NCBI GenBank assembly: GCA_011109175.1
Contig: RDEW01000028.1
Coordinates: forward strand, 339,000-402,999
Direction of reading: 5' to 3'
DNA from: Dicyema japonicum
Taxonomy: Eukaryota; Animalia; Dicyemida
DNA length: 64,000 nt
The notes under the pieces were generated by a model that was given only the letters and a program-made list of their open reading frames with translations, ran no database searches and had not been told where the DNA came from. A program made the translations under genes and the position numbers. Positions 61,704 to 64,000 of this stretch are shown piece by piece (the stretch's first letter is position 1; every line of letters begins with the position of its first letter).

Positions 61704-64000
61704 ATGGTGGTTAATTGGGGAGAACTTTACAACTTTAACACAGGATACACAATTCTTGAAAACATGATTGCAGTTGGTTGCTTCTTCGAGAATGTTCCAT
61801 GTTTGGCATTCGGAACTCCCGGTGGAAAAGTAATGACAATTTTACTTTATATCTTAAAGTAATCATTATCCATTAGGTGGTGCTATATGATTTGGTGATC
61901 GGTAATTCGAGGGAGAGGCCGATAGAGGTGGATGTTTTGAACTTTAACAGAGATATCACTGCACTCCATTCATTCGCTTCCGATAATTATAATGATATTC
62001 TCCTTGTGGGGACATCCGGTAGTTTGATTGCCTATGATGTAAAATGCAATAAGCAGATTTTCCTCAAAGAAGTAATAGTAAATACATATTAGAGTTCATT
62101 GGAGGCTGTTGGAGTATAGAAAGCGGTTACATCGCAAATGATGTCGAAAAGAATATCATTTGCTCAGGTCAATGCTCACTACAGGGATATTCGATTGGGG
62201 GAGTGCAACTGTTATGGACTATACTCCCTGAAAAAGTAAATTCTCTCTGTCTGCTCGATTTTAACTCAGATGGGAGAAACGAAATTATTGCTGGCTGTGA
62301 GGATTTAGAAATTAAGTTTTATGACAAGGATGAGATCGTTTGGGAAATCTACGAGAATGATGTGACATAATATTATAATTTATAGGTTGTGGTAGCATTG
62401 AGTGCCTTGAAAACAGCATTTTTTGCATATCTACTAAAAAACGGGACATTTGGGGTTTATAACTCCATAAAGAAGGTTTGGTCAAAAACAGTACTTTTAC
62501 TTTTTCGAATTTAGATTTCTGGAAAGCCCAAAACCATGGTAGCCTTTGATATAAACGGAGACGGAATCAAAGAGCTGATTATTGGCTGGGAAAACGGAAA
62601 TGTTTATCAAATAAGGGACATTTTAGGTCTTGGTGGTGAATTCAGAGACGGGATCATTATTATATGAGGAAAGACTTGACGCACCAGTTGCTGCTGTAAC
62701 TATTGTATTTATAGTAATAAAATAATCAGGTCCATACAGTTGGGTATGAGGAATTGGACCACGTGCTTGTCTGCGCTGTCAACGGCCGGGGTATTATTTA
62801 AGTGGCTATTTAGTGAAATTATTTGGTGATTTGTCAATACCATTTCGTCAAATTAAAAATGAGGATTCTTTGCCTTACCAGTCTGAGGGAGTTTTAAAAT
62901 TATCGACAAAAAGTCTTTCAGAGAATAAAAAGCGAACTACCATCAAAACCCGTAGAATCGAGGCGGAAAGCCTGACCAACCAGGAAGATGAGGAGAAGCG
63001 AATTCTGCCAGCATCAATAAAGACGTCGAATAAGAGTAATAAAATTAATAATTATTAGAAATAAAATCCTTTGGAGATCTAACTTTGAAATTCCAAGCAG
63101 ATCTCACAAAAATGGTCAGTAATTTTTCGGAAAACCGAGACCTGATAATAAATGGAATTATTGAAGTCACCCATAACTATGAGGTCACTGATCTGATTAT
63201 TCAATTGTATCAGCTACAATTTGAGGAGGGGATTTTGGATAATTTTCAACATATCGACAAAATTTTGGCTGAGAATTTGCCCCAATTACGTAGAACCTTA
63301 AACCACTGCAAAAGTAAATCTAATCTGGAGCCTTGGCAAGCATTTGCAGGAATTCTCTCAGAGTTTAATTTCATTGGTGACGATGTAATAAACGAGGATG
63401 AAAAAATTCAAAGCATTTACTGTGAAATATTAAATTTAAAGGAAAGGAATACCAGTTCTTCAATTCAGCAGAAAATTGGTGAAATTTACGAATTTTCAAA
63501 TTTTATTCCAAATTTAAAAAATCTCCTCAAATTACTCGCAGAAACAAAGTTTACTAAAATTTCAAGAATTTTTGGAGAACTTGAAAATGAACTGAGGAAA
63601 TCCATGAATATTTGCTGGCAATTCAGATCATCGAAAAATGCCAAACAGTTCATTAAAGACATTGACCAGTTCAGAGGAGAAATTAAAGCCGCACTAAACT
63701 TATACATAAGACAGTCTTTTGAAAAATTCAGAGAAAGCTCATTCAAGGTTAATGAAATGTCCTCGAGTTGTGAAACATTAGTATTTGTGTACTATACTAT
63801 GAAAAATTTCGAAGACTGTCTGAGTTTCATAAGAAGCTTCAACGTCGACGTGAACCTGAGCACTGAATTTAGCGATCTCTCACAAAATTGGATGAATTTC
63901 CGCAAAAACGTTGAGTATTTTTTAAGCCAAAACACCGAAATTGACATTTTCCACCAATTTAGCGAAACTTTCCAAGAAATGATGGATAAAATATCGAAGG
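61704..64000 (+). CDS. BBS2: Bardet-Biedl syndrome 2 protein; coding sequence appears to run off the window end
   Basis: MIAVG...PCLAFGT..GKV; DILLVGT...LIAYDV; GQCSLQGY...G..L.WT; DFNSDG..EIIAGCED..I.FY..DEI; KNGTFGVY; AFDINGDGIKELI.GWENG, colinear with the BBS2 propeller. Many 21-30 nt introns. Confidence 0.85.

Overview
This is AT-rich animal nuclear DNA, not prokaryotic. It holds about 10 recognisable host genes: RPS24, MRPS24, a receptor-type guanylate cyclase, SLC5A7/CHT1, a MAP3K14/NIK-like kinase, eIF3E, cyclin K, CRNKL1, PHB2, COX5B and BBS2, plus a cathepsin L pseudogene. All are split by very short spliceosomal introns, mostly 22-28 nt in those I counted by hand. Standard genetic code, respiring-mitochondrion genes, a BBSome (cilia) gene and 22-35 nt introns best fit a dicyemid mesozoan (Dicyema-like); this is an inference. 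Between the genes is a dense mosaic of decayed mobile elements: many CRE-like RT-REL retrotransposon copies, RTE/BovB, I/Jockey-like and Dong/R4-like LINE pieces, two tRNA-headed SINE families sharing 3' tails with local LINEs, hAT and MULE remnants, two TIR elements and an intron-containing integrase. The best novelty candidates are (1) a dispersed CRE-like retrotransposon family with an N-terminal PHD finger, (2) an integrase element carrying host-type 23/26-nt introns, (3) splicing that looks length-measured, with AAG/GAG acceptors and a GC donor, and (4) a guanylate cyclase with no room for an ectodomain and a one-heptad duplication in its signalling helix. Several single-base frameshifts in essential genes suggest assembly indel errors. 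I found no CRISPR, rRNA or genuine tRNA genes. Gene models are manual translations and family calls come from remembered motifs, not database searches. TE boundaries are approximate.
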